Positions 11,193-23,633 of a stretch of DNA of 64,000 bases are shown here, piece by piece. Under the pieces are notes generated by a model. It was not told the DNA's origin. It saw only the letters and a list, made by a program, of their open reading frames with translations, and ran no database searches. The first letter of the stretch is position 1, and each line of letters begins with the position of its first letter. This DNA is from Vicinamibacterales bacterium (lineage in GTDB: Bacteria > Acidobacteriota > Vicinamibacteria > Vicinamibacterales > UBA8438), in contig OZ244838.1 in the NCBI GenBank assembly GCA_965220695.1, positions 3,395,293 to 3,459,292 of the forward strand. Reading direction: 5' to 3'. A program made the translations under genes and the position numbers.

Positions 11193-13286
11193 TTACCTTC
11201 CCTGAATCCGCGCCACGATCTCCTCACTCACCACCTGTGGGACTCGCTTGTAGCGATCGAAATTCATGGTGTACGTTGCGCGCCCCTGTGTCCGCGACCT
11301 CAGTTCAGTGGCATAGCCGAACATCTCCGCGAGAGGTACGCGGGCGTTCACGATCTGCGTACTGCCGTGCGCTTCCATCGAAAGCACTTTGCCGCGGCGG
11401 CTGTTGAGGTCGGCCATGATGTCGCCCATGTGCACCTCGGGTACAACCACTTCGACCTTCATGATCGGCTCGAGCAGCACCGGCCCCGCAGTCCGCGCCG
11501 CTTGACGAAAGGCCATCGATCCGGCGATCTTGAACGCCATCTCGGACGAGTCCACGTCATGGGACGAACCGTCGTACAGCGTCACCGTCACATCTTCGAT
11601 CGGATACCCGGCCAATACGCCGGTCGTGAGCGCCTCCCGGATACCGGCTTCGATCGAACTGATGAACTCCCTCGGCACCGCGCCACCGAAAATCTCGTTC
11701 TTGAAGACGAAGCCGTCTCCTGGCACGACACGGATCTTGACGTGCCCGTATTGCCCTCGCCCGCCGGTCTGCTTGACATACCGTCCTTCGGCCGCGGATG
11801 GTCTGGTCAACGTTTCCCGGTAGGCGACCTGCGGCCGCCCGACGGTGGCTTCGACGTCGAATTCCCGCCGCAATCGATCGACGATGATCTCGAGATGCAG
11901 TTCGCCCATCCCGGAGATGACCACCTGCCCGGTCTCGTCGTCGGTACGAACCTGAAACGTCGGATCCTCGCTGGTCAGCTTCGCGAGCCCCTGCCCGAGC
12001 TTCTCCTGGTCGACCTTGGTCTTTGGCTCGATAGCCAGCGTGATGACGGGTTTTGGAAACTCCATCGTCTCCAGCACCACCGGGTGCTGGTGGTCGCAAA
12101 TCGTATCCCCTGTCGCCACACTCTTGAGCCCGACCGCAGCCGCGATGTCGCCTGAATAGACTTGCCGGATCTCCTCGCGCTTGTCGGCATGCATCTTCAG
12201 CAACCGACCGATCCTCTCCTTGCGGCGGAGACGCGGGTTGTAGATGGTGGCGCCAGACGCCAGCACCCCGGAATAGACACGGATAAAGGCGAGCTGACCG
12301 ACGTAGGGGTCAGTCACTATCTTGAAGGCCAACGCCGAAAACGGCGTTGTGTCCGCGCACGGACGCTCGAGTCGGGTGTCCACGTCACCCGGATCGCTAC
12401 CGCTCACGGCCGGCACATCCAGCGGCGACGGCAGATAATCGATCACCGCGCCGATCAACGGTTGCACGCCCTTGTTTTTGAACGCACTGCCACACAGTAC
12501 CGGTACGAAGGGAACGTCCTCCTCGCGCACTGACTCAACGGTGCGGCGCCGCAACGTCGCGATGATTTCCGCTTCTTCGATCGGCGTGCCGTGCAGATAC
12601 TTCTCAAGCAGCCGATCGTCGACTTCGCAGACCTTCTCTACCAGCAGTTCGCGAGCCGCCATGGCAGCGTCCATGCGGTCCGCCGGAATGTCCTCCACGG
12701 TCGATCCGGCTCCCAGTGTCTCGTCATGGTAACGAACGGCCTTCATGCGCACGAGGTCTATGACCCCGACGAATTCGTCCTCGTCCCTGATTGGAAGCTG
12801 AATCGCCACCGGGTTACCTTGAAGCTTCTCGCGAATCTGCGTCAGGGTGCGATTGAAATCTGCGCCGACGCGGTCCATCTTGTTGACGAAACAGATCCGT
12901 GGCACACGATATTTGTCAGCCTGTCGCCACACGGTCTCCGACTGCGGCTCCACGCCCCCCACCGCATCGAATACTGCCACGGCGCCGTCCAACACCCGCA
13001 ACGATCGCTCGACCTCCGCGGTGAAGTCGACATGCCCAGGGGTATCGATGATGTTTATTCGATGATCACGCCACATGCACGTCGTGGCGGCAGAGGTGAT
13101 GGTGATGCCCCGCTCCTGCTCCTGCTCCATCCAGTCCATCACCGCAGTGCCCTCATGCACCTCGCCGATCTTGTAGGTGATGCCCGTATAGAACAGGACG
13201 CGCTCGGTGATGGTCGTCTTGCCGGCATCAATGTGAGCCATGATGCCAATATTGCGCGTCTGCTCCAGCGCCACCTGTCTCGGCAT
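11193..13286 (-). CDS. fusA: elongation factor G
   Basis: ORF 11193..13370. Start set to ATG 13286 ([25 protein letters not shown]...). DTPGHVDF and NKMDR present. Confidence 0.95.
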   Translation of the reverse strand: MPRQVALEQTRNIGIMAHIDAGKTTITERVLFYTGITYKIGEVHEGTAVMDWMEQEQERGITITSAATTCMWRDHRINIIDTPGHVDFTAEVERSLRVLDGAVAVFDAVGGVEPQSETVWRQADKYRVPRICFVNKMDRVGADFNRTLTQIREKLQGNPVAIQLPIRDEDEFVGVIDLVRMKAVRYHDETLGAGSTVEDIPADRMDAAMAARELLVEKVCEVDDRLLEKYLHGTPIEEAEIIATLRRRTVESVREEDVPFVPVLCGSAFKNKGVQPLIGAVIDYLPSPLDVPAVSGSDPGDVDTRLERPCADTTPFSALAFKIVTDPYVGQLAFIRVYSGVLASGATIYNPRLRRKERIGRLLKMHADKREEIRQVYSGDIAAAVGLKSVATGDTICDHQHPVVLETMEFPKPVITLAIEPKTKVDQEKLGQGLAKLTSEDPTFQVRTDDETGQVVISGMGELHLEIIVDRLRREFDVEATVGRPQVAYRETLTRPSAAEGRYVKQTGGRGQYGHVKIRVVPGDGFVFKNEIFGGAVPREFISSIEAGIREALTTGVLAGYPIEDVTVTLYDGSSHDVDSSEMAFKIAGSMAFRQAARTAGPVLLEPIMKVEVVVPEVHMGDIMADLNSRRGKVLSMEAHGSTQIVNARVPLAEMFGYATELRSRTQGRATYTMNFDRYKRVPQVVSEEIVARIQGR

Positions 13287-13430
13287 CACTGTGTCCGTTC
13301 GTGACTGCTTGTGTCTCGCAACACTGGCGACGGCGACCGGCGGTGGACTCTTCAACTCTGCTGTTGCCACTTGTCTACTATGACCTGCTCTTCTCTTCTA
13401 ATCGAGACACCGCCGACGGACCAGGAATGC
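13287..13430 (-). repeat. possible decayed copy in the rpsG-fusA spacer
   Basis: Operon sense TCGGCGGTGTCTCGATTAGAAGAGAAGAGCA resembles TCGGCGGTGCGGGAGGTGAGAAGAGGGAGCA of copy 1766-1910. No TIRs recognisable. Confidence 0.3.
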
Positions 13431-13904
13431 CTACCAACGGTAATGAGCAAATGCCTTGTTGGCCTCAGCCATCCGATGCGTGTCCTCACGCTTCTTTACC
13501 GACCCGCCCCGAAGATTCGACGCGTCGACGAACTCGTTCGCCAGCTTTTCCTTCATCGTCTTGCCGTCGCCGCGCGCCCGAGCATAACCAGACAGCCAAC
13601 GAATGCTCAGCGACAATCGACGGTTCGGGTTGACCTCGATTGGCACCTGGTAGTTCGATCCACCCACACGGCGCGATTTCACCTCAAGGCTCGGCTTGAC
13701 GTTGTCGACCGCTTTCTTGAACACCTTGAGCGGGTCTTCCCCGGTTCGCTCCCTGATGATTTCCAGGCTGCCGTACAGGAGGCCTTCGGCGGTACTTCGC
13801 TTGCCGTTCTTCATGACGCAACGTACGAACTTCGTCACCAGGGTACTGTTGTAGATTGGATCAGGGGGTACCTCGCGTTTGGGAACTTCGCGTCTGCGTG
13901 GCAT
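13431..13904 (-). CDS. rpsG: 30S ribosomal protein S7
   Basis: C-terminal 157 aa of ORF 13431..14219 ([20 protein letters not shown]...AFAHYRW). The upstream ORF part overlaps rpsL in another frame. Confidence 0.93.
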   Translation of the reverse strand: MPRRREVPKREVPPDPIYNSTLVTKFVRCVMKNGKRSTAEGLLYGSLEIIRERTGEDPLKVFKKAVDNVKPSLEVKSRRVGGSNYQVPIEVNPNRRLSLSIRWLSGYARARGDGKTMKEKLANEFVDASNLRGGSVKKREDTHRMAEANKAFAHYRW

Positions 13905-13921
13905 GATTCCTCTCGCCGCTC

Positions 13922-14296
13922 TTACGCTTTCGGCCGTTTCGCACCGTACTTGGATCGACTCTGCTTGCGGCCCTGCACGCCCGTGGTGTCGAGCGTCCCC
14001 CGCACCACGTGGTAGCGGACACCAGGCAGGTCCTTCACACGACCGCCGCGCAGCAACACGAGCGAGTGCTCCTGGAGGTTGTGGCCCTCGCCCGGAATGT
14101 AGCTCGTGACCTCGATCTGATTGGTCAGCCGAACACGAGCGACTTTGCGCAACGCGGAGTTCGGCTTCTTCGGCGTCTGGGTGAACACCCGTACGCAGAC
14201 CCCGCGCCGCTGCGGGCACCTCCGCAACGCCGGGCTCTTGGTCTTCGTCTCGGCCCGGAACCGGCCCTTTCTGACGAGCTGACTGATCGTCGGCAC
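13922..14296 (-). CDS. rpsL: 30S ribosomal protein S12
   Basis: ORF 13922..14554. GTG at 14294-14296 gives (M)[11 protein letters not shown]..., with GGGAG 5 nt upstream. Confidence 0.92.
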   Translation of the reverse strand: MPTISQLVRKGRFRAETKTKSPALRRCPQRRGVCVRVFTQTPKKPNSALRKVARVRLTNQIEVTSYIPGEGHNLQEHSLVLLRGGRVKDLPGVRYHVVRGTLDTTGVQGRKQSRSKYGAKRPKA

Positions 14297-14740
14297 AAGC
14301 ACTCCCTGCGTCGATGACGCTACGGCATCCAGGCCGTCGGACCAGGACGCCAACGACAAATCACCCCAGGCCTGAAAGCCACCGGCTTCGCACCTGAGGC
14401 GGGTTGACCCTATTAGTGTGTGCGCGCTGTAAGGGAAATCCGTACCCCACAAACTGCCGGGTCGGTCGCTCCCAAGCTGGAAAGAGGCGAATCGCGCATC
14501 CCTGTGACCTCTTCGCGGTGCGCCGACACAGGCGCCCGGCGCACCGTCGGCCACACGGCCTCTTTCGGACGGATCGAAGTTAGATAGGGTGTCCTAACTC
14601 CGACAGAACCTTGCGAGGTTACCACGTTCGTCCTGATCCACGCAACAATTGCGCCGGCCCGGTCTTTCCGTTCTCCGATGGCCGCAACATTCCGAAACCG
14701 CACACCGGCGTCCGATTTCATTACCGCACCGATGCGCTGG

Positions 14741-14922
14741 CAGCACGCGATGAAAGCCCCGCAGCATTCGCTCGGCGCTGCATCCCGCAAAGAGCGTCGC
14801 TGGGCGTCTGATCGCCGAGGGCACACACGTCCCAATGCGCTCCCTCTTCGTGCCGTGCACTGGCCGGGCGCGACGTTATGACGAACAGATCTCGGTGCAC
14901 CGCGGGGTTTCACCACAGGCTG
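14741..14922 (-). mobile_element. MITE-like TIR element, near-intact copy (182 bp) immediately after rpoC stop
   Basis: cagcacgcgatgaaagccccgcagcattcg ... ctcggtgcaccgcggggtttcaccacaggctg. Flanks ctgg / ctat (its TAG is the rpoC stop). Internal gctgcatcccgc and gctccctcttcg boxes shared with the other copies. Confidence 0.8.
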
Positions 14923-17900
14923 CTATTCGGTCACCTCGTCTCGACCGAACGCGGCCTCCGGCTCCGCCATATAGTCCATCTCCCGTTCACTCTCGATGTC
15001 CTCTACGGTTCGCGGCGGCGGCGGCGGCTCGTCCGGCGGAATCTGCACGTGGCGGTAATAGTTGAAGCCGGTTCCGGCCGGAATCAACCGTCCCATCGTC
15101 ACGTTCTCCTTCAATCCACGGAGATGATCCACCTTGCCGGAGATGGATGCCTCGGTGAGCACCCGGGTCGTCTCCTGGAATGAGGCCGCCGAAATGAACG
15201 AGTCGGTGGACAGCGACGCCTTGGTGATGCCGAGCAGCATCGGACGGCCGGTTGCCGGACGTCCTCCTTCGGCGATGACCCGATCGTTCTCCTGCAGGAA
15301 CCGGAACCGGTCGACTTGCTCGTCGATCAGGAACTCGGTCGTGCCGACGTCCTCGATCTTCACCCACCGCATCATCTGGCGTGCCACGACCTCAATGTGC
15401 TTGTCGTTGATGGTGACGCCCTGCAGGCGATACACCTCCTGGATTTCGTTGACCAGGTAGCTTTGGAGCGCCTTCTCGCCAAGCACGCTCAGGATGTCGT
15501 GCGGGTTGCTCGGACCGTCCATCAGTTGCTCGCCGGCCCGCACCCGGTCGCCATCCTGCACATTGACGTGCACGCCGCGTGGCAGCGAATATTCCCGCGG
15601 CTCGGCGCCGTCCTCGTCCGGCACGATGATCACCTTACGCATCCCTTTGACGATGCTGCCGATCTTGACCGTGCCGTCGATCTCGCTGATGACCGCCGTT
15701 TCGCGCGGCTTCCGTGCCTCGAACAGCTCCTGGACACGCGGCAAGCCGCCCGTGATGTCCTTTGTCTTGGTCGTCTCGCGCGGAATCTTCGCCAGCACCT
15801 CGCCGGCAGTGACGTTCTGGGCGTCGGTCACCATGAGGTGGGCATGCGAAGGCATGTTGTACTTGCGCTCAAGCTTGCCGGCGGAATTGCGGATCTCCAT
15901 GGACGGCTGCTTTTTCTCGTCAGGCGAATCGACGATGATCAGCCGCGACAGCCCCGTCACCTCGTCCACCTCCTCGTGCACGGTCACGCCCTCGACGATG
16001 TCCTTGAACTTCACGACACCGGCCTTCTCCGTGATGATCGAGAACGTATAGGGATCCCACTCGACCAGCACCTGGGCCTGTTCTACCTGCTGGCCGTCAT
16101 ACACCCGCAGATGGGCGCCGTACACGACCGGGTACCGCTCGCGATCACGCCCCTTGGCGTCCTGAACCACCAGCGACCCGGTACGGTTCATGACGACCAA
16201 TGTGCCGTCCTGGGCCTTGACCCACTGGATGCCATTGAATTTGGCAGTACCGGCATGCTTCGCTTCCAGAGTCGACTGGGCCGACACCCGGGAGGCCGTT
16301 CCCCCTATGTGAAAGGTCCGCATCGTGAGCTGCGTGCCCGGTTCACCGATCGATTGCGCGGCCACAACCCCGACAGCCAACCCCAACTCGGCCAACTCGC
16401 CGGTGCCGAGGTCGCGTCCATAGCACTTGGCACATACCCCGCGTCTCGCCGCGCACGTGAGTACAGACCGGATCTTGACCCTCTCGACCCCCGAGTCCTC
16501 AATTTGCGAGGCAAGATCCTCGGTCACCAGATCGCCGGCCGACGCAATGGCCTCAGCCGTGAAGGGGTCGCTGATGTCCTCGAGCAACACGCGCCCCACG
16601 ATCCGATCACGAAGCGGTTCGATAATCTCGCCGCTCTCGACGATGGCCCGGGAATCGATCCCGTCGAGCGTACCGCAGTCAATCTCCGAGATGATGACGT
16701 CCTGGGCCACGTCGACCAGCCTGCGGGTGAGATATCCCGAGTCGGCCGTCTTCAGCGCGGTGTCCGCCAGTCCCTTCCGCGCACCGTGGGTGGAAATGAA
16801 GTACTGCAACACCGTGAGCCCTTCTCGGAAATTCGACGTGATCGGGGTCTCGATAATCTCTCCGGATGGCTTGGCCATCAACCCACGCATTCCAGCCAAT
16901 TGGCGGATCTGCTGCTTGCTTCCTCTGGCGCCAGAGTCCGCCATGATGTAGACGGCATTGAATTCCTTGCCGCCGGAATCCATCTCCTCCATCTCGTTGA
17001 ACATCTCGTCAGCCACGCGCTCGGTCACGTCCGACCAGATGGCGATAACCTTGTTGTACCGCTCCCCGTTGGTGATCGCCCCTTCCAGATACTGCTGCTC
17101 GACCCGGATCACCTCTTCACTTGCCGTCTTCACCAGTGACGCTTTCTGAGCGGGCACAATAAGGTCGTCGATACCGATCGACAGACCCGACCGGGTGGCG
17201 TAACCGAACCCGAGCTGTTTCAGGCCGTCCAGCATCTCGACCGTCTTGTCGACGCCGTGCCGCAGATAGCAGTACTGCACCAGTTGGCCCAGCCCCTTCT
17301 TCTTGAGCAACCCGTTGACATAGGGCAACTCCGGCGGCAGCGCGCTGTTGAATATCGCACGACCCACAGTGGTATCGATGACCTTCTGCTCGATCTCCAA
17401 CACCTCGGTGCGAAGCACATCCTGGTCGTCTCTGGATGCGGTCAGATCCATCAATCCGCCGCTGATCCGAAGGCGGATGGGGGTCAGGGTCTCCACTTCT
17501 CCGGCGGCCACCGCCAACATCACATCCTCGACGTTGCCGAAGACCCGACCAGCTCCCTTGGCGTTGTCCTTTTGCTTGGTCAGGTAGTAGCACCCCAGCA
17601 CGATGTCCTGCGAGGGGGTGGTAATTGGGGCGCCGTTCGCCGGTGACAGAATGTTCTTCGACGACTTCATCAACACCGACGCCTCGATTTGCGCCTCCGG
17701 CGCCAGTGGGATATGAACCGCCATCTGGTCACCGTCAAAATCGGCGTTGAACGCCGTACAGACGAGCGGGTGAATCCGAATCGCCTTCCCCTCGACGAGC
17801 ACGGGCTCGAACGCCTGAATCCCGAGACGATGCAGCGTGGGCGCGCGGTTCAAGAGCACCGGATGCTCGCGAATCACCTCTTCCAGTACGTCCCAGACTT

Positions 17901-19113
17901 CCGGCAATTGCTGTTCCACCATCTCCTTGGCCTGCTTGATGGTCGCAACCAGGCCACGCTTCTCGAGCTTGTTGTAAATGAACGGCTTGAACAACTCGAG
18001 GGCCATCTTCTTCGGCAATCCGCACTGGTGCAGACGCAACTCGGGACCGACAACGATGACCGAGCGCCCCGAGTAGTCGACACGCTTGCCTAGCAGGTTC
18101 TGCCGAAATCGCCCTTGCTTCCCTTTGAGCGTGTCCGACAGGGACTTGAGCGGGCGGTTGTTGGCGCCGCGCAGCACACGTCCGCGCCGGCCGTTGTCGA
18201 ACAACGCGTCAACGGCCTCCTGCAACATCCGTTTCTCGTTCCGAATGATGACATCCGGCGCCTTCAACTCAATCAGCTTCTTCAGCCGGTTGTTGCGGTT
18301 GATCACACGACGATACAGGTCGTTGAGATCAGAGGTGGCGAACCGGCCTCCGTCGAGCGGCACCAACGGACGCAACTCCGGGGGAATCACCGGAATCACG
18401 TCCAGAATCATCCACTCCGGACGGTTGGTCGACTTCCGGAACGACCCGACCACCTTGAGCCGTTTGGCGTACTTGAGCTTCTTTTGCACCGAGGTTTCGG
18501 CGCGCATTCGGTCTCGCAACTCCTCGGCGAGTTCCTCGATGTCGGCGCGCTTGAGCAGCTCCTTGATCGCCTCGGCGCCCATCCGCGCGCGAAACTGCGG
18601 GCCGTAATCCTCCAACGCTTTCCGATATTGCTCCTCTGTCAATAGCTGGTTTTCTTTGAACTCACCATCGCCCGGGTCGATGACCACGTAAGCCTCGAAG
18701 TAAAGAATCCGCTCGAGGTCGCGCAGCGAAATGTCCAGCAAATGGCCGATGCGGCTCGGGAGCCCCTTGAAGAACCACACGTGGCTGACCGGTGTGGCCA
18801 GGGTGATGTGTCCGAGGCGCTCACGCCGCACCTTGGCCTGGGTCACTTCGACCCCGCATTTGTCGCAGATCACGCCCCGATGCTTCATCCGCTTGTACTT
18901 GCCGCACAAGCATTCCCAGTCGGTCACGGGGCCGAAGATCTTCGCGCAGAAGAGCCCGTCCCGTTCCGGCTTGAAGGTCCGGTAGTTGATCGTCTCCGGT
19001 TTGGTGACCTCGCCGTGCGACCACGATCGGATACGTTCCGGCGAGGCCAAACTGATCCGAAGGGCATCGAAATCGGCGGTCAGTGAACTGCGTTCCGAGA
19101 AACTAGGTCTCAT
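14923..19113 (-). CDS. rpoC: DNA-directed RNA polymerase subunit beta'
   Basis: ORF-track 1396 aa. [12 protein letters not shown] catalytic motif; trigger-loop region carries an SI3-like insertion. Confidence 0.97.
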   Translation of the reverse strand: MRPSFSERSSLTADFDALRISLASPERIRSWSHGEVTKPETINYRTFKPERDGLFCAKIFGPVTDWECLCGKYKRMKHRGVICDKCGVEVTQAKVRRERLGHITLATPVSHVWFFKGLPSRIGHLLDISLRDLERILYFEAYVVIDPGDGEFKENQLLTEEQYRKALEDYGPQFRARMGAEAIKELLKRADIEELAEELRDRMRAETSVQKKLKYAKRLKVVGSFRKSTNRPEWMILDVIPVIPPELRPLVPLDGGRFATSDLNDLYRRVINRNNRLKKLIELKAPDVIIRNEKRMLQEAVDALFDNGRRGRVLRGANNRPLKSLSDTLKGKQGRFRQNLLGKRVDYSGRSVIVVGPELRLHQCGLPKKMALELFKPFIYNKLEKRGLVATIKQAKEMVEQQLPEVWDVLEEVIREHPVLLNRAPTLHRLGIQAFEPVLVEGKAIRIHPLVCTAFNADFDGDQMAVHIPLAPEAQIEASVLMKSSKNILSPANGAPITTPSQDIVLGCYYLTKQKDNAKGAGRVFGNVEDVMLAVAAGEVETLTPIRLRISGGLMDLTASRDDQDVLRTEVLEIEQKVIDTTVGRAIFNSALPPELPYVNGLLKKKGLGQLVQYCYLRHGVDKTVEMLDGLKQLGFGYATRSGLSIGIDDLIVPAQKASLVKTASEEVIRVEQQYLEGAITNGERYNKVIAIWSDVTERVADEMFNEMEEMDSGGKEFNAVYIMADSGARGSKQQIRQLAGMRGLMAKPSGEIIETPITSNFREGLTVLQYFISTHGARKGLADTALKTADSGYLTRRLVDVAQDVIISEIDCGTLDGIDSRAIVESGEIIEPLRDRIVGRVLLEDISDPFTAEAIASAGDLVTEDLASQIEDSGVERVKIRSVLTCAARRGVCAKCYGRDLGTGELAELGLAVGVVAAQSIGEPGTQLTMRTFHIGGTASRVSAQSTLEAKHAGTAKFNGIQWVKAQDGTLVVMNRTGSLVVQDAKGRDRERYPVVYGAHLRVYDGQQVEQAQVLVEWDPYTFSIITEKAGVVKFKDIVEGVTVHEEVDEVTGLSRLIIVDSPDEKKQPSMEIRNSAGKLERKYNMPSHAHLMVTDAQNVTAGEVLAKIPRETTKTKDITGGLPRVQELFEARKPRETAVISEIDGTVKIGSIVKGMRKVIIVPDEDGAEPREYSLPRGVHVNVQDGDRVRAGEQLMDGPSNPHDILSVLGEKALQSYLVNEIQEVYRLQGVTINDKHIEVVARQMMRWVKIEDVGTTEFLIDEQVDRFRFLQENDRVIAEGGRPATGRPMLLGITKASLSTDSFISAASFQETTRVLTEASISGKVDHLRGLKENVTMGRLIPAGTGFNYYRHVQIPPDEPPPPPRTVEDIESEREMDYMAEPEAAFGRDEVTE

Positions 19114-19147
19114 GAAATACCTTCACTCCTGCCAGAAACTCCACAGC

Positions 19148-22100
19148 TCAGGCCTCGTCGAGAGCCGGAGCCACCTCGGCATCGGTACCTTCCCCGGTTT
19201 CCGCATCTGTGCCGGGATCCTCTGCCGCTGCCGCGGTCAACGCGACCGAGGTGGGTCGCGTCTTCAGTAGCTCGACATCGAGACACAATGCCTGCAGTTC
19301 GCGGATGAGCACGTTGAAGGACTCTGGCAAGCCCGGTGTGAAAGAGGCGTCACCCTTGACGATCGCCTCGTAGATCTTCGCCCGTCCGGTGACATCGTCC
19401 GACTTGGCGGTCAACAACTCCTGGAGGATGTGCGCGGCGCCATACGCCTCGAGCGCCCAGACCTCCATTTCGCCAAATCGCTGTCCGCCGAACTGCGCCT
19501 TGCCGCCCAGGGGCTGTTGCGTAATGAGCGAGTACGGTCCGATGGACCGCGCGTGAATCTTGTCGTCGACCAGGTGTGACAGCTTCAACATGTAAATATA
19601 GCCAACCGTCACTTTCTGCTCGAACTGTTCACCCGTCATGCCGTCGATCAGCCGGCTCTTCCCGCTGGAGGGAAGACCTGCGTTCTGAAGCCAGCCCTTG
19701 ATCTCGGACTCGGTCGCTCCATCGAACACCGGCGTCGCGAAATACAGCCCCAACGCCTTGGCCGCCCAGCCAAGGTGAGTCTCGAGAATCTGTCCCACAT
19801 TCATGCGTGACGGCACTCCCAGCGGATTGAGCACGATCTCGACCGGCGTGCCGTCCGGGAGGTGCGGCATGTCCTCTTCCGGCAGCACGCGCGCTATGAC
19901 GCCCTTGTTGCCGTGCCGCCCGGCCATTTTGTCACCCACCGACAGCTTCCGCTTCATCGCGACGTAGACCTTGACGAGCTTGATCACACCGGGCGGCAAC
20001 TCGTCGCCGCGACGAATCTTCTCCTTCTTCTCCTCGAACGTCCGTCTGATTACCTCGACCTGCCGCTCTGTACGTTCCTCGAGCGAGCGCAATTCGCTCT
20101 CGAGCTGCCGGTTCCCGTCCGACAGCCAGATCCTGGTGATCGCCTGATACGGGAGTTCGCGCACCACCTCCGGCTTCAGGACAGTTCCCTGGGCCAACAG
20201 ACGCTCGCGACCGTAGTCATCGAACAGGTCGTTGCCGAGCACCTGCCCGTCGATCATGACCGCCACACGTTTCTTGACCTCTTCGTGCAGGATCCGAATC
20301 TCGTCCTGGAGATTCTTCTCCATCATGTCGAGTTCATCGGCTTCGATCGCCTTGGCCCGATCGTCCTTTTCAATACCCTTCCGGGAAAAGATCTTGACGC
20401 TGACGACGATGCCGTCAATCCCCGGCGGGCACAGCAACGAGGCATCGCGCACATCGCCGGCCTTCTCTCCGAAGATGGCCCGCAGCAGCTTTTCCTCGGG
20501 GGTCAACTGAGTTTCCCCCTTCGGTGTGACCTTGCCGACCAGAATGTCGCCCGGCTTGACGTAGGCGCCGATTCGGATGATGCCACTATCGTCGAGGTCC
20601 TTCAGGAACCCTTCGGATACGTTCGGGATATCCCGCGTGATTTCCTCCGGACCCAGCTTGGTGTCGCGCGATTCGGTCTCGAACTCTTCGATGTGAATCG
20701 AGGTGTAGTAGTCCTCCTTGACCATCCGCTCGGACACTAGAATCGCGTCTTCGAAGTTGTAGCCGCGCCACGGCATGAACGCGACGAGCACATTGCGTCC
20801 GAGTGCGAGTTCTCCCAATTCGGTGCAGGGGCCGTCGGCCAGCACCTGGCCCTTGGATACCTTCTGACCAACACGGACAATCGGCTTCTGGCTGATGCAG
20901 GTATTTTGATTCGACCGACGAAACTTGGTCAGGTTGTAGATGTCGGCGCCCATCTCGCGTGACATCTCACCGGACTCTCCCTCGACCCGGACGACAATCC
21001 GCTGAGAATCGACGTAGTCGACCGTGCCGCTCCGGCGGGCGACGATCACAGCGCCCGAGTCGCGCGCGGTGATGTGCTCCATGCCTGTGCCGACAAACGG
21101 CGCGCGCGCCCGCAGCAGCGGCACGGCCTGGCGCTGCATGTTGGAGCCCATCAACGCGCGGTTGGCGTCGTCGTGCTCCAGAAACGGAATGAGCGATGCT
21201 GCCACAGACACCAGTTGCTTCGGTGAAACGTCGATAAAATCGACCTTTTCACGTGGAGCGAGGATGAAATCGCCCGCCTGACGAGAATTGACTCGGGGAT
21301 CGATCAGATTGCCCTCCGCGTCAAGCCGGGCGTTGGCCTGTGCGATGATGTACTGATCTTCCTCCCAGGCTGACAGATAAAACGAGTACGGTTCGTACTC
21401 GACGCCGTTCTTCTTGCGCGCCTTGGCCGCTGCGCTCGCCGCGTCCGCCTCAGACAGGTCCACGATGTCGCCAGCGTGGTATCGGGTGCCGCCGGCGTTC
21501 GTAATCTGCACGTAATCGGCGGCGCGGTTGTCCTTGATTCGACGATAGGGCGACTCGATAAAACCGAATTCGTTGATTCGGGCATAGCAGGACAGCGACG
21601 AAATCAATCCGATGTTCGGTCCTTCGGGAGTCTCGATTGGACAGATTCGACCGTAGTGTGTCGGATGGACGTCGCGAACCTCGAACCCTGCGCGTTCACG
21701 CGACAATCCGCCGGGTCCCAGCGCCGACAAACGGCGCTTGTGTGTAATCTCCGACAGCGGGTTCGTCTGATCCATGAACTGAGACAACTGGGACGAACCG
21801 AAGAACTCCCTGATCGCCGCCATAACGGGTTTGGCGTTAATCAGATCGTGCGGCATCGCCGTCGCCATCTCCTGATAGACGGACATCTTTTCCTTGATGG
21901 CCCGCTCCATCCGCACCAGCCCGATTCTGAACTGGTTCTCGAGAAGTTCGCCGACCGAACGGACCCGGCGGTTGCCCAGATGGTCGATGTCGTCAGCGTT
22001 TACCGGATTGCGCCGTAACGACAGCAGGTACTTGATGACTGCGTAGAAGTCGGGCGGATGCAGAATCTTCTCGTCGAGCGGGGTCTCGAGTCCGAGCTTG

Positions 22101-23500
22101 GTGTTGAGTTTCAACCGTCCGACCCGCGAGAAATCGTACTTCTGCGAGTTGAAGAACATGTTCTCGAACAGCGACCGCGAACTGTCCAGGGTTGGCGGGT
22201 CTCCGGGCCGCAAGCGCCGGTAGATCTCTATCAACGCCTCCTCGTGCGTCCGAATCGTGTCCTTGCGCAAGGTCATGGACAGCACGGTCCCGATCTCGTC
22301 ACCCTCGGGGAAAAACAGTTCGATCTCTTCGACCTGCTTTTCCTGCGCCATGGCCACGATTCTGGGCGTCAGTTCCTCGTTGGCCTCGAGAATCACCTCG
22401 CCTGTGGACGGGTCGACAACATCGGCCGCCGCAAACGCCCCCTCGAACTCTGTCTCCGCCACCTCCACCCATTCGATGCGGGCCTTCCGGAACGCATCGA
22501 GCGCCGACTTGCCGATCTTCTTGCCAGCACCGACCTTGTGGTTGTCGTCAATGAGAATCTCCGACTTCGCCCGGCGTCCGACCAGTGTTGGACTCACCGC
22601 CCACTGCACGTCCGCATTGCGAAGCGAGATGCGATCCAACGCATGAAATGTTCGGATGATCTCGTCCGCTCCACGCAATCCAAGCGCCCGCAGGAAGACC
22701 GTTGCCAGGAATTTCCGCTTGCGGTCGATACGCACGTACAGCAGGTTCTTGGCGTCGTACTCGAATTCGACCCAGGATCCGCGGTACGGAATGATCTGCG
22801 CGACGTAGAGTTGCCGATCCTCTGAGTGAAAGAAGGCACCGGGCGATCGATGCAATTGCGACACCACGACCCTCTCGGTGCCGTTGATGATGAAGGTCCC
22901 GTTGTTGGTCATCAGCGGGACATCGCCGAAGTAGACCTCCTGCTCCTTGATATCCCGTATCGACTTGACCCCTGTCTCCGCATCCTTGTTCCAGACCACC
23001 AGGCGAATCGTGACCTTGAGTGGCACGGCATAGGTCATGCCGCGCTCCTGACACTCTTCGACGTCGTACTTGAGCTTCAGCGCGACGGTGTTCTCACAAA
23101 TGTCACAGACGACGCCGCGCGCGTTGTTGGCGGTCCCACAACTCTTGCAGAGCACCTCGTGCTCGCCGTAGGGCTCGGCCACCAGCGTGGTCCCACAGGA
23201 GGCACACGGCTGCCGGAGATGATGCAAGCCTGATAGACGGCCGCACTTGCACTCCCAGTTGCCGATGGAATACTCGATGAACTCGAGTGAGGAGTTTTCG
23301 CGAAAGTCGCTGATCGGAAAGACCGACTTGAACACCGACTGCAGCCCGGCGTCATCGCGCTCGGACGCCAATCGGGTCATCTGCAAGAAACGTTCGTAAG
23401 ATTTTTTCTGGATCTCAATGAGATTCGGGATCGGAATCGTCGTCCGGATCTTCGAAAACCCTATGCGTTCCCGGTAGACGTTCTTGGGCTGACTCTGCAT
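19148..23500 (-). CDS. rpoB: DNA-directed RNA polymerase subunit beta (with Cys-rich N-terminal insertion)
   Basis: ORF 19148..23605. Start set to ATG 23500 ([19 protein letters not shown]...). [13 protein letters not shown] motif present. Confidence 0.95.
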   Translation of the reverse strand: MQSQPKNVYRERIGFSKIRTTIPIPNLIEIQKKSYERFLQMTRLASERDDAGLQSVFKSVFPISDFRENSSLEFIEYSIGNWECKCGRLSGLHHLRQPCASCGTTLVAEPYGEHEVLCKSCGTANNARGVVCDICENTVALKLKYDVEECQERGMTYAVPLKVTIRLVVWNKDAETGVKSIRDIKEQEVYFGDVPLMTNNGTFIINGTERVVVSQLHRSPGAFFHSEDRQLYVAQIIPYRGSWVEFEYDAKNLLYVRIDRKRKFLATVFLRALGLRGADEIIRTFHALDRISLRNADVQWAVSPTLVGRRAKSEILIDDNHKVGAGKKIGKSALDAFRKARIEWVEVAETEFEGAFAAADVVDPSTGEVILEANEELTPRIVAMAQEKQVEEIELFFPEGDEIGTVLSMTLRKDTIRTHEEALIEIYRRLRPGDPPTLDSSRSLFENMFFNSQKYDFSRVGRLKLNTKLGLETPLDEKILHPPDFYAVIKYLLSLRRNPVNADDIDHLGNRRVRSVGELLENQFRIGLVRMERAIKEKMSVYQEMATAMPHDLINAKPVMAAIREFFGSSQLSQFMDQTNPLSEITHKRRLSALGPGGLSRERAGFEVRDVHPTHYGRICPIETPEGPNIGLISSLSCYARINEFGFIESPYRRIKDNRAADYVQITNAGGTRYHAGDIVDLSEADAASAAAKARKKNGVEYEPYSFYLSAWEEDQYIIAQANARLDAEGNLIDPRVNSRQAGDFILAPREKVDFIDVSPKQLVSVAASLIPFLEHDDANRALMGSNMQRQAVPLLRARAPFVGTGMEHITARDSGAVIVARRSGTVDYVDSQRIVVRVEGESGEMSREMGADIYNLTKFRRSNQNTCISQKPIVRVGQKVSKGQVLADGPCTELGELALGRNVLVAFMPWRGYNFEDAILVSERMVKEDYYTSIHIEEFETESRDTKLGPEEITRDIPNVSEGFLKDLDDSGIIRIGAYVKPGDILVGKVTPKGETQLTPEEKLLRAIFGEKAGDVRDASLLCPPGIDGIVVSVKIFSRKGIEKDDRAKAIEADELDMMEKNLQDEIRILHEEVKKRVAVMIDGQVLGNDLFDDYGRERLLAQGTVLKPEVVRELPYQAITRIWLSDGNRQLESELRSLEERTERQVEVIRRTFEEKKEKIRRGDELPPGVIKLVKVYVAMKRKLSVGDKMAGRHGNKGVIARVLPEEDMPHLPDGTPVEIVLNPLGVPSRMNVGQILETHLGWAAKALGLYFATPVFDGATESEIKGWLQNAGLPSSGKSRLIDGMTGEQFEQKVTVGYIYMLKLSHLVDDKIHARSIGPYSLITQQPLGGKAQFGGQRFGEMEVWALEAYGAAHILQELLTAKSDDVTGRAKIYEAIVKGDASFTPGLPESFNVLIRELQALCLDVELLKTRPTSVALTAAAAEDPGTDAETGEGTDAEVAPALDEA

Positions 23501-23535
23501 TCTGCAACACCCTCGGACTAGCAAGCCGGGCCTGG

Positions 23536-23633
23536 CAGCGAGGACCGACGCCGCGCTGCATTCGACGAAACCGCGGCCGTCGTGACACATGATCGCGGCG
23601 GGCAACCACCCGCCGCCATAGCGCCAACGACGG
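23536..23633 (-). repeat. left-half copy in the rplL-rpoB spacer
   Basis: ctgg|cagcgaggaccgacgccgcgctgcattcgacg aligns with the family left TIR (ctgg|cagcccgtggcaaaagccccgctgcattcgg). The rest, up to the rplL TAG, is diverged and includes hairpin ggcgggcaaccacccgcc. Confidence 0.5.

Noticed and set aside
13431-14554. N-terminally extended ORF-track versions of rpsG, rpsL, pth, ispE, the lipoprotein, the TPR protein, rplC, rpsJ, fusA, rpoB, apbE, nqrC/E/F and others
   Set aside because: The extensions overlap the preceding gene or a repeat element, lack conservation-like sequence, and contain internal starts that give canonical N-termini, often with SD motifs or ATGA/GTGA coupling.
15316-17139. 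607-aa plus-strand ORF and many other 60-250-aa ORFs antisense to rpoC, rpoB, fusA, nqr and other genes
   Set aside because: They lie opposite long, clearly identified genes. They have no RBS or family-like motifs, and stop codons are simply scarce in GC-rich sequence.
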